32,000 nt of DNA, taken from NCBI RefSeq assembly GCF_001306055.1, contig NZ_LGHJ01000001.1, positions 1 through 32,000 on the forward strand, given 5' to 3'. The translations under genes and the position numbers were made by a program. The notes below the pieces were generated by a model that was not told the origin of the DNA, searched no databases, and saw only the letters and a list, made by a program, of their open reading frames with translations. Shown one piece after another: positions 16,800 through 25,674 of this stretch. The stretch's first letter is position 1; the number at the start of each line of letters is the position of its first letter. Source of the stretch: Bellilinea caldifistulae. Lineage in GTDB: Bacteria; Chloroflexota; Anaerolineae; Anaerolineales; Anaerolineaceae.

Positions 16800-17216
16800 T
16801 CATTCCAGCCCGACTTCAATGTGTTCCTGATCCTCTTCGTCGTAGATATCCACAATCTGACCAATTTCGCCGGATTGGATCGCCTCCATAATTTGACCCA
16901 TCTCGACCTCGCCGATTTCCGGGGAGAAGCGGGCGCCTAATTTCATGCCGGTGTTCAGCACGGTAACCGGCAGGCGGATGTTGACGCGCACTTTACCGCT
17001 GCGTAAATCGGTGATGCGCACCCGCAGCCAGCGTGGCCGCGGCCGGATTGCCTCCCCCGGCGGAGGAGGTGGGGGTGGAGGCAGAGGGCCTTTTTTTTCG
17101 GGGGTGGCGCTGCTCTTTTCCAACGCCTGCAACAGGCGAATGCCCTCTTCGGGGGTGATTTTATTTTCCTCGATCAGTTTGAGGATTTTCAGTCGTTCTT
17201 CACTGCTTGCCGCCAT
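16800..17216 (-). CDS. Hypothetical protein: SHOCT-like N-terminal helix pair, poly-Pro linker, C-terminal beta-rich domain
   Basis: EERLKILKLIEENKITPEEGIRLLQAL, then PLPPPPPPPPG, then RWLRVRITDLRSGKVRVNIRLPV... Confidence 0.65.
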   Translation of the reverse strand: MAASSEERLKILKLIEENKITPEEGIRLLQALEKSSATPEKKGPLPPPPPPPPGEAIRPRPRWLRVRITDLRSGKVRVNIRLPVTVLNTGMKLGARFSPEIGEVEMGQIMEAIQSGEIGQIVDIYDEEDQEHIEVGLE

Positions 17217-17332
17217 TTTTCAGCCTTGTAAATCGGCATTTCATGGGATATGCTTATTGTAATTGAATTTTGCCCGTCTGGCACAAATTAAGCCCGCCTG
17301 TACGGACTTTTCATTTTGGAGATTGGGTTTCT

Positions 17333-17854
17333 ATGATCAATTTGTGGCAGTTATTCTGGATTTTCATCAAGGTCAATTTATTAACCACCTCAGGGCCGGC
17401 TTCGGTGGGTTTGCTGTATCAGGAAGCGGTGGGCAAATTGATGACCGAAAAAGAATTTGTCGAGGCGGTCGGTTTTTCCAGCGTGCTGCCCGGCAGTGAC
17501 GCCTTGCAACTGGCCATGTTCGTCGGCTACCGTGCCGGCGGGGTACCCGGCGCGCTGGTGGCTTTACTGGGTTCGATTCTGCCGCCTACAATCTTGATTT
17601 TGATCATCGTCAGCATCCTGCGCTTCATCAGCGGTGAAGCGTGGGTGGGTAACTTTGTGCGCGGACTTGCTCCGGCTGTGGCCGCCTTGATGGTGCTGGT
17701 GGCCTGGAATGTGTTCCGCGGCGAGGCCGGTGAAACCATCACCTGGTTCACGGTCATCATCGCCGCTGGCGCCATGATTGCCTATATCCTCAAAGTGCCG
17801 CCGCCGCTGGTGCTGGTGGTAGCCGGTGTACTGGGGATCATCGTGCTGCGATGA
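17333..17854 (+). CDS. Chromate-transporter (CHR) family protein, short single-domain form
   Basis: MINLWQLFWIFIKVNLLTTSGPASVGLLYQEAV...LPGSDALQLAMFVGY is CHR-family-like. About 174 aa, so half-size. Confidence 0.8.
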   Translation: MINLWQLFWIFIKVNLLTTSGPASVGLLYQEAVGKLMTEKEFVEAVGFSSVLPGSDALQLAMFVGYRAGGVPGALVALLGSILPPTILILIIVSILRFISGEAWVGNFVRGLAPAVAALMVLVAWNVFRGEAGETITWFTVIIAAGAMIAYILKVPPPLVLVVAGVLGIIVLR

Positions 17855-18702
17855 ACGACCTGCCGCCTCTTCTCATTGCATTACAGAGCAGTCATCCCTC
17901 TTTTCCAGCGCTGGAATATGGGGAAAATCTGGCAAAGGTGCTGCGTACCCCCGTTCGTCTATTGTGTATGCGTCAGGCTGGCTCATCTGCGCTGCTGGAG
18001 GAGCAGGTTCAGCGTTCCGCACTGGCTTTGAAGGAGCTGGATGTTCTGGTGGACATCCGCTGGGCGGATGGCGATCTGGTGAAAGCCGTGCTGCGGGAGG
18101 TGAATCAGATGCCGGAAGCGATGCTGGTGATCAGCGACAAGTACCGTCCCATCTGGCGGCGCTGGGTGCGCTTTGGGCGTTTCCGTCGGCTACAGGCTTC
18201 GCTCACATCGCCAATTTTACGGGTACGGGAGGTCTGCTGGCCGCCGCAAAATATCATCGTGTGCAGCGGAGGTTTGCCATACACCATTCCGGTGGAGCGG
18301 CTGGCTGTGCGTCTGGCGCGCTCTGTCGGCGCACGGTTGACCTTTCTGCATGTGGTTGAGCCGATCACCCTGGATTACCCCCTGGCAAGGGAAATTCACT
18401 CGCACTGGGAACACCTGCTACAAACCGATACCCCGCAGGCGCGTCACCTGAAGCAGGCATTGGATTTTGCCGAACGGCTCGGTGTGGAGGCGCGGGTGGT
18501 GGTGCGCCATGGGCTGATTCTGCACGAGATCCTCGATGAGATCCGCAGCGGGGGTTATGATCTGGTGGGCATGGGGTCAACCTACAGTTCCACCAGTCTT
18601 TCGCGTTTGTTCCGCCCGGATGTTACCGCGCTGGTTTCAGCCGCGGTGGATTGTCCTTTGCTTTCTCAACGCGGCCCGGCTGAAAACTCTGATGCGGGTT
18701 AA
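17851..18702 (+). CDS. Universal stress protein family, tandem Usp domains
   Basis: The second domain LTFLHVVEP...VVRHGLILHEILDEIRSGGYDLVGMGS... is Usp-like. ATGA overlap with the upstream gene. Confidence 0.8.
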   Translation: MNDLPPLLIALQSSHPSFPALEYGENLAKVLRTPVRLLCMRQAGSSALLEEQVQRSALALKELDVLVDIRWADGDLVKAVLREVNQMPEAMLVISDKYRPIWRRWVRFGRFRRLQASLTSPILRVREVCWPPQNIIVCSGGLPYTIPVERLAVRLARSVGARLTFLHVVEPITLDYPLAREIHSHWEHLLQTDTPQARHLKQALDFAERLGVEARVVVRHGLILHEILDEIRSGGYDLVGMGSTYSSTSLSRLFRPDVTALVSAAVDCPLLSQRGPAENSDAG

Positions 18703-19391
18703 CGCGTAAGCGTGTGGCTGGTATCTTCCCACTTCTTGACGGCGGCACGGATGATGGTTTGAATTTCGGCATCCGGCACCGCATCAATGCCGTTGAAGCG
18801 TTCGTGATCCACCCAGACCACCACCCCAAAGTTGGCTTCCTGGGTCAGGCGGATGGTGCGGTTGGCAAAGGGTGAATTGACCAGCATTTCTTGCAAGATT
18901 TCGTCAATTTGCCCGACGATGGAAGTGGCACGCGGCTTGTCCACCGGCAGGATGGAAGCCGCCAGTACGGATGGGTCGGGCAGGGGAACGCTGGCTGGCG
19001 GGGTTGGTACGGGTTGTGGGGGCGGTGCTTCTTTTTCAACTCCCAGCCAATTCGTCCACGATTCGGCAGCCTCGCGCAGCATGCGCAATTGATCCACCGG
19101 CACGGTTTCGCGGCTCAGGTAAATTTTACGGTCAATTTCCGTCACCAGTTTACCGGTGGATTTTTCACGGTAGAGACGCACCAGCGGGTTGAAGCGTTCC
19201 AGCGGTAAGCCGGTGTAGGGTTCTTCGGCAGCCGGTTTGGGAGCCGGTTTTTCATCGTTTTGTTCGGGAGGTTCTTCCTCGCTGTGTTCTTTTCCCCGGT
19301 CGAGGAAGAAATAGGCAACCACAGCACCGATGATAAAACCGACAGCCGTGAAAATCAATGCGGGCAGGAGCAGATTTCCGGGATTGAGCAT
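18699..19391 (-). CDS. Membrane-anchored hypothetical protein with an acidic/Pro-rich linker
   Basis: Single N-terminal TM helix LLLPALIFTAVGFIIGAVVAYFF, then a low-complexity linker and a C-terminal globular part. No recognisable motif. Confidence 0.65.
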   Translation of the reverse strand: MLNPGNLLLPALIFTAVGFIIGAVVAYFFLDRGKEHSEEEPPEQNDEKPAPKPAAEEPYTGLPLERFNPLVRLYREKSTGKLVTEIDRKIYLSRETVPVDQLRMLREAAESWTNWLGVEKEAPPPQPVPTPPASVPLPDPSVLAASILPVDKPRATSIVGQIDEILQEMLVNSPFANRTIRLTQEANFGVVVWVDHERFNGIDAVPDAEIQTIIRAAVKKWEDTSHTLTR

Positions 19392-19415
19392 GACAGCCTC
19401 ACTTTCACAAAAATT

Positions 19416-20288
19416 TCAGGAAGTGGATGAATTTCCCCCAGCAGGAGCAACCTTCAGGGGCTGACAGACAGGACAGAAATGGGTGCTGCGTTGGCCGACA
19501 ATCAGGCGTGCAATGCTTGTGCCACATTCCGGGCAGGGTTGGCCGGTGCGGCCGTAGGCCCGGAAGTGATTTTGAAAACTCCCCCCGCGGTAAACCCAAT
19601 CAATGCTGGCACCGTTGCGGCGGATGCCCTCTTGCAGGACGCTGCGAATGGCGTCCAGCAGTCGGGCGGCGTCTTCGAGACTGATCAGGTTGGAGGGGGT
19701 CAACGGATGAAGGCGGGCAAGGTGAAGCGCCTCATCGGTGTAGATGTTGCCCAGCCCGGCAATGACCGACTGGTCGAGCAGCAGGGGCTTCAACTGGCGC
19801 CGAAAACGGCTCAGGTGTTGGTAAAAAACTGCGGCGGTCAAACCTTCATCCAGGGGTTCCGGGCCTAAACCGTTCAGCACGCTGTGCGGGTCATCCACCA
19901 GCCAGAGACGCCCGAACTTGCGTGGGTCGTTGAACGCCAGCCGCCAGCCGTCCGTCAGGTGGAAAATGACCCGGTCGTGAATTAGCGGCGGGATCGGGCT
20001 GCCGGTCTCATCCGTGACGGGTTCCAGCCGCAAGTCACCGCTCATCCGCAGGTGGATCAAAAGGACGGCATCGCTGAGATGGATCAGGATGAATTTACCG
20101 CGCCGGCTGATGCTTTTGACCGGCTGATGGCAGATTTTTTGTGTGAACCGGGCGGGTTCAGGGGTTGCAATGCTGCGCTGCCAGTGAAGTTCGGCTTTCT
20201 CAATCACGCGCCCGACCAGCGGGGGACTTCCCCGCCCGCCGTTTTGCAGGGCGCGTACAATCGTTTCGACCTCAGGCAGCTCCGGCAT
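19416..20288 (-). CDS. mutM: Formamidopyrimidine-DNA glycosylase
   Basis: N-terminal MPELPEVE catalytic motif, H2TH region, and C-terminal zinc finger CPECGTSI...HFCPVCQ. Confidence 0.93.
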   Translation of the reverse strand: MPELPEVETIVRALQNGGRGSPPLVGRVIEKAELHWQRSIATPEPARFTQKICHQPVKSISRRGKFILIHLSDAVLLIHLRMSGDLRLEPVTDETGSPIPPLIHDRVIFHLTDGWRLAFNDPRKFGRLWLVDDPHSVLNGLGPEPLDEGLTAAVFYQHLSRFRRQLKPLLLDQSVIAGLGNIYTDEALHLARLHPLTPSNLISLEDAARLLDAIRSVLQEGIRRNGASIDWVYRGGSFQNHFRAYGRTGQPCPECGTSIARLIVGQRSTHFCPVCQPLKVAPAGGNSSTS

Positions 20289-20320
20289 GGTTCATCGAAC
20301 AGATCGGGCGGGGAAGCGGG

Positions 20321-21316
20321 TTACTCGTTGAACATCTCACCCACGCTGCGCCCTTCATTGGCGCGGTGGATGACTTCCCCCAAGAGGGGGGCAATCGAAA
20401 GAACTTTCAGCCGCTCGCCGAACAGAGCGGCTTTTTCGTGCGGGATGGGGATGGTGTTGGTGGTGACAAATTGGGTAACCGGCAAAGCCGCAAGCCGCTG
20501 GGCGGCATCCCGCGAAAAGACGGCGTGGACAAAGGAAATGTAGATGTTGCGCGCGCCGTTTTCCTTGACCAGATTGACTGCCTGGGCGATTGAGCCACCA
20601 GTATCAATTTCATCGTCCACCAGGATCACATCCCGGTCGTACACATCCCCAATCAGCGTCAGGGCTTCGGCTTTGGCGTTGTTAGCCAGCCGCCGTTTTT
20701 CGATGAACGCCAGCGGCAGTTGCAGTTTGGCGGCGTAGTTGCGCGCTTTTTTGGCAAATCCCAAATCGGCTGTGACCACCACCGGCGAGTGCAGGCGGTT
20801 GAGGATGGTTTTGAAGTAGTCGGTGAGCATGTGGAAGGCGGTCAGCACATCGCCGGGGATGGAAAAGAAGCCCTGAATCTGGCCGGCGTGTAAATCCATG
20901 GTGATGTAGCGGTCGGCGCCGGCAATTTCGATCATATCGGCAACCAGGCGGGCGGTAATCGGTACCCGCGGCTGGTCTTTCTTGTCCGAGCGGGCGTAGC
21001 ACAGGTAGGGCACCACGGCGGTGATGCGCGCCGCCGAATCCAGCCGCAGGGTTTGCAGCAGAATGAGCAATTCCATCAGGTTGCGGTGGACAGGTGCCGA
21101 GGTAGTTTGAATGACATAACAATCCTGCCCACGCACGCTGCCGTGCAGTTTGACGAACAGGTTCTCATTGGGAAATTCGATCACATCCCGACCGCACAGG
21201 GGCAGATTGAGGTAGCTGGCAATGTCCTGAGCCAGTTCCGGGCAGGCTGTGCCTGCATACAGGCGTATGTCACCATACATCATCCGTTCGTGGCGGGAAT
21301 GATTATGTGTAGGCAT
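20321..21316 (-). CDS. prs: Ribose-phosphate pyrophosphokinase
   Basis: FPNENLFVKL..., PYLCYARSDKK, DLHAGQIQGFF, and the PRPP-binding loop VILVDDEIDTGGS. Confidence 0.93.
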   Translation of the reverse strand: MPTHNHSRHERMMYGDIRLYAGTACPELAQDIASYLNLPLCGRDVIEFPNENLFVKLHGSVRGQDCYVIQTTSAPVHRNLMELLILLQTLRLDSAARITAVVPYLCYARSDKKDQPRVPITARLVADMIEIAGADRYITMDLHAGQIQGFFSIPGDVLTAFHMLTDYFKTILNRLHSPVVVTADLGFAKKARNYAAKLQLPLAFIEKRRLANNAKAEALTLIGDVYDRDVILVDDEIDTGGSIAQAVNLVKENGARNIYISFVHAVFSRDAAQRLAALPVTQFVTTNTIPIPHEKAALFGERLKVLSIAPLLGEVIHRANEGRSVGEMFNE

Positions 21317-21342
21317 ATTCTCTTCTCTATCCTAAGTATACC

Positions 21343-21885
21343 TTAGTCGGCGCGTGAATACCACTCCGAACGAAGGACACTCATCACAATGACATCAATG
21401 AAACGGCCGTGTTTGTACACATCCTGCCGCAGGCGGCCTTCTTCCACGAAACCGACTTTCTGGTAAGCCCGAATGCCGCGCGGGTTGGTCTCATAGACAT
21501 GCAGGTAGACCTTATTCAGGTTGAGGTAGTCAAAAGCATAGCCCACCATCGTGCGCAGGGCTTCGCTGCCGTAACCGCGATTCCAGTACTGCTTTTCGCC
21601 GATGAACAGGCCAACTTCGGCATGGCGCGCGTGCCATTCAATTTTCATCAGACCGATGTTGCCGATGGGCAGCCACTCCCCGCCGATTTCGATTTCAATC
21701 ACCAGCGGACGTTCTTCCTTGGGGCGTTTCAACAAGCTGCTGTACCATTCTTCCTCTTCATCCAGCGACATCGGCGCGAACATCAGCAGATTTTCGCGTA
21801 CTTCGGGGTCGTTCAGCCAGCGTACAAAACGGGGCAGGTCGTCTTTTTCGACAGCGCGCAGCCGCAATCCATTGCCGTAAATCAT
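21343..21885 (-). CDS. GNAT-family N-acetyltransferase (RimJ/RimL-like)
   Basis: LRAVEKDDLPRFVRWLNDPEV...WNRGYGSEALRTMVGYAF...L.V...N.RGIRAYQKVGF. Confidence 0.87.
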   Translation of the reverse strand: MIYGNGLRLRAVEKDDLPRFVRWLNDPEVRENLLMFAPMSLDEEEEWYSSLLKRPKEERPLVIEIEIGGEWLPIGNIGLMKIEWHARHAEVGLFIGEKQYWNRGYGSEALRTMVGYAFDYLNLNKVYLHVYETNPRGIRAYQKVGFVEEGRLRQDVYKHGRFIDVIVMSVLRSEWYSRAD

Positions 21886-21893
21886 CGCCCCTC

Positions 21894-23213
21894 CTAGGGG
21901 TGCAGGCGGTTTGGCCCGCGGAAGAGGAAGACCGCCTCGCGGATGTTGGGCAGGTTGAGCATGACCATCAGCAAGCGCGAAAGCCCCAGCCCAAAACCGC
22001 CGTGCGGTGGACAGCCGTAGCGGAAGAAATCCAGATAAAACTGGATGGACTGGATGGAAAGGCCTTTTTCAATCGCCTGCTGGCGCAGGATCTCGTAGCG
22101 ATGTTCGCGCTGGGCGCCGGTGACGATTTCGGTGCCGTTGGCGATCAGGTCAAACGACTTGGTCAGGTGCGGCTGATCGGCGTGGCGCATGTGGTAGAAC
22201 GGGCGCACACTGATCGGCCAGTCAATCAGGTAGAAGAAGTCGTGATCATAAGTGCGCTTGATGTAGTCGGCCAGGGCGCGTTCCCCACCGGGATCAATAT
22301 CGCCTTTCTTTTCGGGCGGGATTTGATAACCGACCTCTTTGAGAATCTCCAGGGCCTGCGCCATGGTGATGCGCGGGAAGGGGACACTGGGGACGCGCAG
22401 ATCCACCCCAAAGTGCTGCTTAATTTCTTCATCGTGGGCGTCTTTGACCCGCTGATAAACATATTGCAGCATGTTTTCCAGAAAACGCATCACATCCTCA
22501 TGCGATTCGATGTAAGAGATTTCCATGTCAATGCCGGTGAACTCGGTCATGTGGCGCGAGGTGAAGGACGGGTCGGCGCGGAAAACCGGCCCAATTTCAA
22601 AGACGCGCTCAAAACCGGCTGCCATGGCCATCTGCTTGTAGAACTGGGGCGACTGAGCCAGATAGGCCTTGGTCTCAAAATACTGCACCTCGAATAATTC
22701 GGCGCCGGACTCGCTGGGTGAACCCATCAGTTTCGGCGAGTGGATTTCAATGAAATCGTGCTTCAGCCAGTATTCGCGGAAGGCCGCTTCAGCCGTGGTT
22801 TGTACCTTGAAAAGCAGGGTGACCGGCGGGCGGCGCATGTCCAGAAAGCGCCAATCGAGCCGGTAATCAATTGAGGGCAGGGCTTCGGCGGTCGGGTCGA
22901 GCGGAATGGGCGCTTCGGCCGGGCCGATCACCTCGTAAGTTTCCAGTTGAATTTCCAGCCCGCCGAGTTTGACGATGGGGTTATCCACCACCGTGCCGGT
23001 GACCGAAACGACGCTTTCGGTGGGGGTGGCGGAAATTTTCTCCGCCAGGGCCGGGTCGTTGGCCTTCCAGAAGGCCACCTGCACCAGGCCGCTCAGGTCG
23101 CGCAGGATCAGGAATTGCATTTTCTTTTGATCGCGCAGGGTTTGCAAAAAACCCTGCACTTTGACTTTTTCGCCAATGTGCTGGCGCAGGTCGGCAATTT
23201 TGGTTCTTTCCAT
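21894..23213 (-). CDS. aspS: Aspartate--tRNA ligase, archaeal/type-2 form (~439 aa)
   Basis: Class II motifs LAQSPQFYKQ, FEIGPVFRADPSFTSRHMTEF and GGFGLGLSRL. The short length, with no GAD insertion, indicates type 2 (often non-discriminating). Confidence 0.88.
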   Translation of the reverse strand: MERTKIADLRQHIGEKVKVQGFLQTLRDQKKMQFLILRDLSGLVQVAFWKANDPALAEKISATPTESVVSVTGTVVDNPIVKLGGLEIQLETYEVIGPAEAPIPLDPTAEALPSIDYRLDWRFLDMRRPPVTLLFKVQTTAEAAFREYWLKHDFIEIHSPKLMGSPSESGAELFEVQYFETKAYLAQSPQFYKQMAMAAGFERVFEIGPVFRADPSFTSRHMTEFTGIDMEISYIESHEDVMRFLENMLQYVYQRVKDAHDEEIKQHFGVDLRVPSVPFPRITMAQALEILKEVGYQIPPEKKGDIDPGGERALADYIKRTYDHDFFYLIDWPISVRPFYHMRHADQPHLTKSFDLIANGTEIVTGAQREHRYEILRQQAIEKGLSIQSIQFYLDFFRYGCPPHGGFGLGLSRLLMVMLNLPNIREAVFLFRGPNRLHP

Positions 23214-23251
23214 GGTGATTTCTTCTCCTCACTTTGGGTTGGGATTTCAAT

Positions 23252-24277
23252 TCAAGCGTTGAACAGCGCAGTAGACCCGCGCTGAATGGATTGCGGCAGA
23301 GGGGGTTCGCCCAGCAGACTGTGGAGCGCCTGATAGGGCGAAATGCGGCGTGCCTGCAGGTCGGTCAGAATTTGCTGATACTGCCCCTCTGGCAGGCTGC
23401 TGCGCCAGCGTTTGAGCAGAGCGGTTTGCAGCAATTCTTCCAGTTGAGTTTGCAGGCGGCTGCGGTCGCGCACCTGCCAGCCGCCGGACTGGCGGAGGTA
23501 GGCAGCGTGTGCCTGAATGTGCCCGAGCAACTCGGCGATGCCTTCGTTCTGGGTGGCGATGGTAGGCACCAGCGGAGGACGCCAGACGACCGGCAAACTT
23601 TCCGCCGTTTCTTCGTGGGGCGGGCGGCCCAGTTCCAGCATGGCGCGCAGCGTGCGCAGGGCATTTTCGGCGCCCGGCAGGTCGGCCTTGTTCAGCACCA
23701 GGATATCGGCAATTTCCAGAATGCCGGCTTTGATCGCCTGAATATCGTCACCCATGCCGGGGGCTTCGACCACCAGGACGGTGTGCGCCAGCCGTGCAAT
23801 TTCCACTTCGGATTGACCGGCACCGACCGTTTCGATGAGGATGATGTCGAAACCGGCGCTGTCCAACGCCTGAACGACGGCGGGGGTGGTGCGGGCCAGC
23901 CCGCCCAGCGCGCCGCGTGAGGCCATCGAGCGGATGAACACGCCGGGGTCACCACTCAGGTCGCGCATGCGCACACGGTCACCCAGCAGGGCGCCGCCGG
24001 TGAAGGGCGAGGAAGGGTCCACGGCGACAATCGCCACCGTGCGCGGCGGACTGCCGTCTGCCGGCCGGCGGAAGGCTTGTGCCAGTCGGTTGACGAGAGA
24101 GGACTTGCCGGCGCCCGGTGAACCGGTCACACCGATCCAGTGGGCGCGTCCGCTGTGGGGAAAAAGGCGGTCGAGGGCGGCCTCGCCTTGGGGGTCCTCG
24201 TTTTCGATCAAGGTCAGCAAACGCGCCAGTGCAAGGCGGCTGCCAGCCAGCACTTCCTCAGCCAGAGTGGTCATCAA
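23252..24277 (-). CDS. meaB: Methylmalonyl-CoA mutase accessory GTPase MeaB (ArgK-type)
   Basis: P-loop GSPGAGKSSL, GDRVRM, IETVGAGQSE and NKADL, the G3E-family MeaB signatures. Confidence 0.9.
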   Translation of the reverse strand: MMTTLAEEVLAGSRLALARLLTLIENEDPQGEAALDRLFPHSGRAHWIGVTGSPGAGKSSLVNRLAQAFRRPADGSPPRTVAIVAVDPSSPFTGGALLGDRVRMRDLSGDPGVFIRSMASRGALGGLARTTPAVVQALDSAGFDIILIETVGAGQSEVEIARLAHTVLVVEAPGMGDDIQAIKAGILEIADILVLNKADLPGAENALRTLRAMLELGRPPHEETAESLPVVWRPPLVPTIATQNEGIAELLGHIQAHAAYLRQSGGWQVRDRSRLQTQLEELLQTALLKRWRSSLPEGQYQQILTDLQARRISPYQALHSLLGEPPLPQSIQRGSTALFNA

Positions 24278-24285
24278 GGACGGCC

Positions 24286-24696
24286 TCAGGCGTGGTTTTC
24301 CTGTAAGATGGCAGCCCGCAGGTCTTCAACCACTTTTTGGGTGGAAGTGCCGGGGCCGTAGACAGCGCGCACGCCCATTGCCAGCAGGGCGGGGATGTCG
24401 CTTTCGGGGATGATGCCGCCGACAAAGACATGCACATGGCCCTGTCCGTTGGCGCGCAACAGTTCCAGCACGCGCGGCACCAGCGCCATGTGAGCGCCGG
24501 AGAGGATGGAAAGCCCCACCGCGTCCACATCCTCTTGTAAGGCGGCCTCGGCAATCATCTCCGGCGTTTGGCGCAGGCCGGTGTAGATGACTTCCATGCC
24601 GGCGTCCCGCAGAGCGCGGGCGACCACCTTGGCGCCGCGGTCGTGGCCATCCAAACCGGGTTTGGTAATCAGCACACGGATTTTACGTTCGGTCAT
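24286..24696 (-). CDS. Methylmalonyl-CoA mutase, C-terminal cobalamin-binding subunit
   Basis: [37 protein letters not shown] contains the DxHxxG B12-binding motif. 136 aa stand-alone domain. Confidence 0.9.
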   Translation of the reverse strand: MTERKIRVLITKPGLDGHDRGAKVVARALRDAGMEVIYTGLRQTPEMIAEAALQEDVDAVGLSILSGAHMALVPRVLELLRANGQGHVHVFVGGIIPESDIPALLAMGVRAVYGPGTSTQKVVEDLRAAILQENHA

Positions 24697-24800
24697 TCGG
24701 TTTTGCCTCAGGGTGAAGTTGTTTCAATTATACCGCGTCCTGTCGTCAGACAATATCCCCTTATAAGGAAAGGAATAGTGTCATATCCGGCAGGTGACGG

Positions 24801-25490
24801 TTAACCCTGAGGGGGCGGTTCTTCCAGCAGGTCATCCGTGACCTCGGCGCCGGGCAGAAGGAATAAGTCGGGATTTTTCCACATATAGACCACCGCCCCG
24901 GCGCGGCTCTTGACCCCGATTTTTTGGTAAGCCATGGTTACATAGTTCTTAATTGTGCCGGGTTGGAGGGCAAGTTGTTCAGAAATTCGAGCGTTTTCAT
25001 ATCCCAGGGCAATCAACGTCAGCACCTGCCGTTCGCGATTGCTCAAAGGCGATCGCAGCGGTCGTTCCCGGAGAAAAGTGTCCAGCATCTCCGGCAGGGA
25101 AGTGAAATCAGTGCGGCCATCCAGTAAAAACTGGATAACCTTAGCCAATTTTTCCAACTCAATTTCCAGCGGCAGCCAGGCATGAATGGTGATACGCTGC
25201 ACGGCGCGCAGGATGACCGGCAGGCTGCTGTGGGGGGCGATCAGCAACGTCTTTGTGGCGGTAGGCAGGGGGGGAGCGGAAGCGTTCTGAGTCAGAGCAG
25301 CAAGGCGTGGTGCATCGAGGATCAGCACATCCGGTTCTGGCCGTTGGGAATCGGCAGCGAGGAACGAATCATCATCGAGAATGTGGTATTTGAAGGAAGG
25401 GAATTCTTCCTTCAGGAAAGCGATCAATCCTTTTTTCAGAAGCGGGACGGAAACGGCGATGCAGACCAGAGGGGGAAAGTTGTTCGCCAT
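24801..25490 (-). CDS. LuxR/GerE-family regulator with an atypical receiver-like N-terminal domain
   Basis: C-terminal LSNRERQVLTLIALGYENARISEQLALQPGTIKNYVTMAYQKIGVKSRAGAV is a GerE HTH. Start chosen at MANNF (AGGA 4 nt upstream). The N-terminal domain lacks the usual acidic pair after beta-1 (it reads CIAVSVP). Confidence 0.85.
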   Translation of the reverse strand: MANNFPPLVCIAVSVPLLKKGLIAFLKEEFPSFKYHILDDDSFLAADSQRPEPDVLILDAPRLAALTQNASAPPLPTATKTLLIAPHSSLPVILRAVQRITIHAWLPLEIELEKLAKVIQFLLDGRTDFTSLPEMLDTFLRERPLRSPLSNRERQVLTLIALGYENARISEQLALQPGTIKNYVTMAYQKIGVKSRAGAVVYMWKNPDLFLLPGAEVTDDLLEEPPPQG

Positions 25491-25568
25491 TCGATCCTTT
25501 AGAAAATGGTTCGTGGGAAAAAAGAACGCCGGTAAGTTTATGGTAAGGGAATCAATCCAATTTGTCAA
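25431..25568. repeat. Direct repeat copy 1 (luxR 5' end plus upstream leader)
   Basis: About 138 bp, nearly identical (3 substitutions and 1 indel by eye) to 30904-31042. Confidence 0.9.
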
Positions 25569-25579
25569 TAGGGGTCAAA

Positions 25580-25599
25580 GTCATGTCAGGGGGCATGAC
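25580..25599. promoter_or_regulatory. Palindrome GTCATG-N8-CATGAC, copy 1 (candidate LuxR-type operator)
   Basis: GTCATGTCAGGGGGCATGAC, 32 nt upstream of a TATGAT -10-like hexamer (25632-25637) and 75 nt upstream of the module-A start codon. Confidence 0.45.
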
Positions 25600-25674
25600 C
25601 GGCGGTACTTCCCCTTTGTTCTTCAATTTGCTATGATGGCTTTGGTGAAAAAACGCAGAAGCAGAGAGGACGAT

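Noticed and set aside
17040-17100. G-run tract (GGCGGAGGAGGTGGGGGTGGAGGCAGAGGG), considered as a G-quadruplex or regulatory repeat.
   Set aside because: It is simply the complement of the poly-Pro coding stretch of the minus-strand gene 16800-17216.
25381-25674. 98-codon upstream extension of module A gene 1 in the ORF track.
   Set aside because: It runs antisense through the luxR 5' end and the promoter and palindrome region. Paralog B starts at the equivalent internal Met, and the SD (GAGAGGA) precedes 25675.
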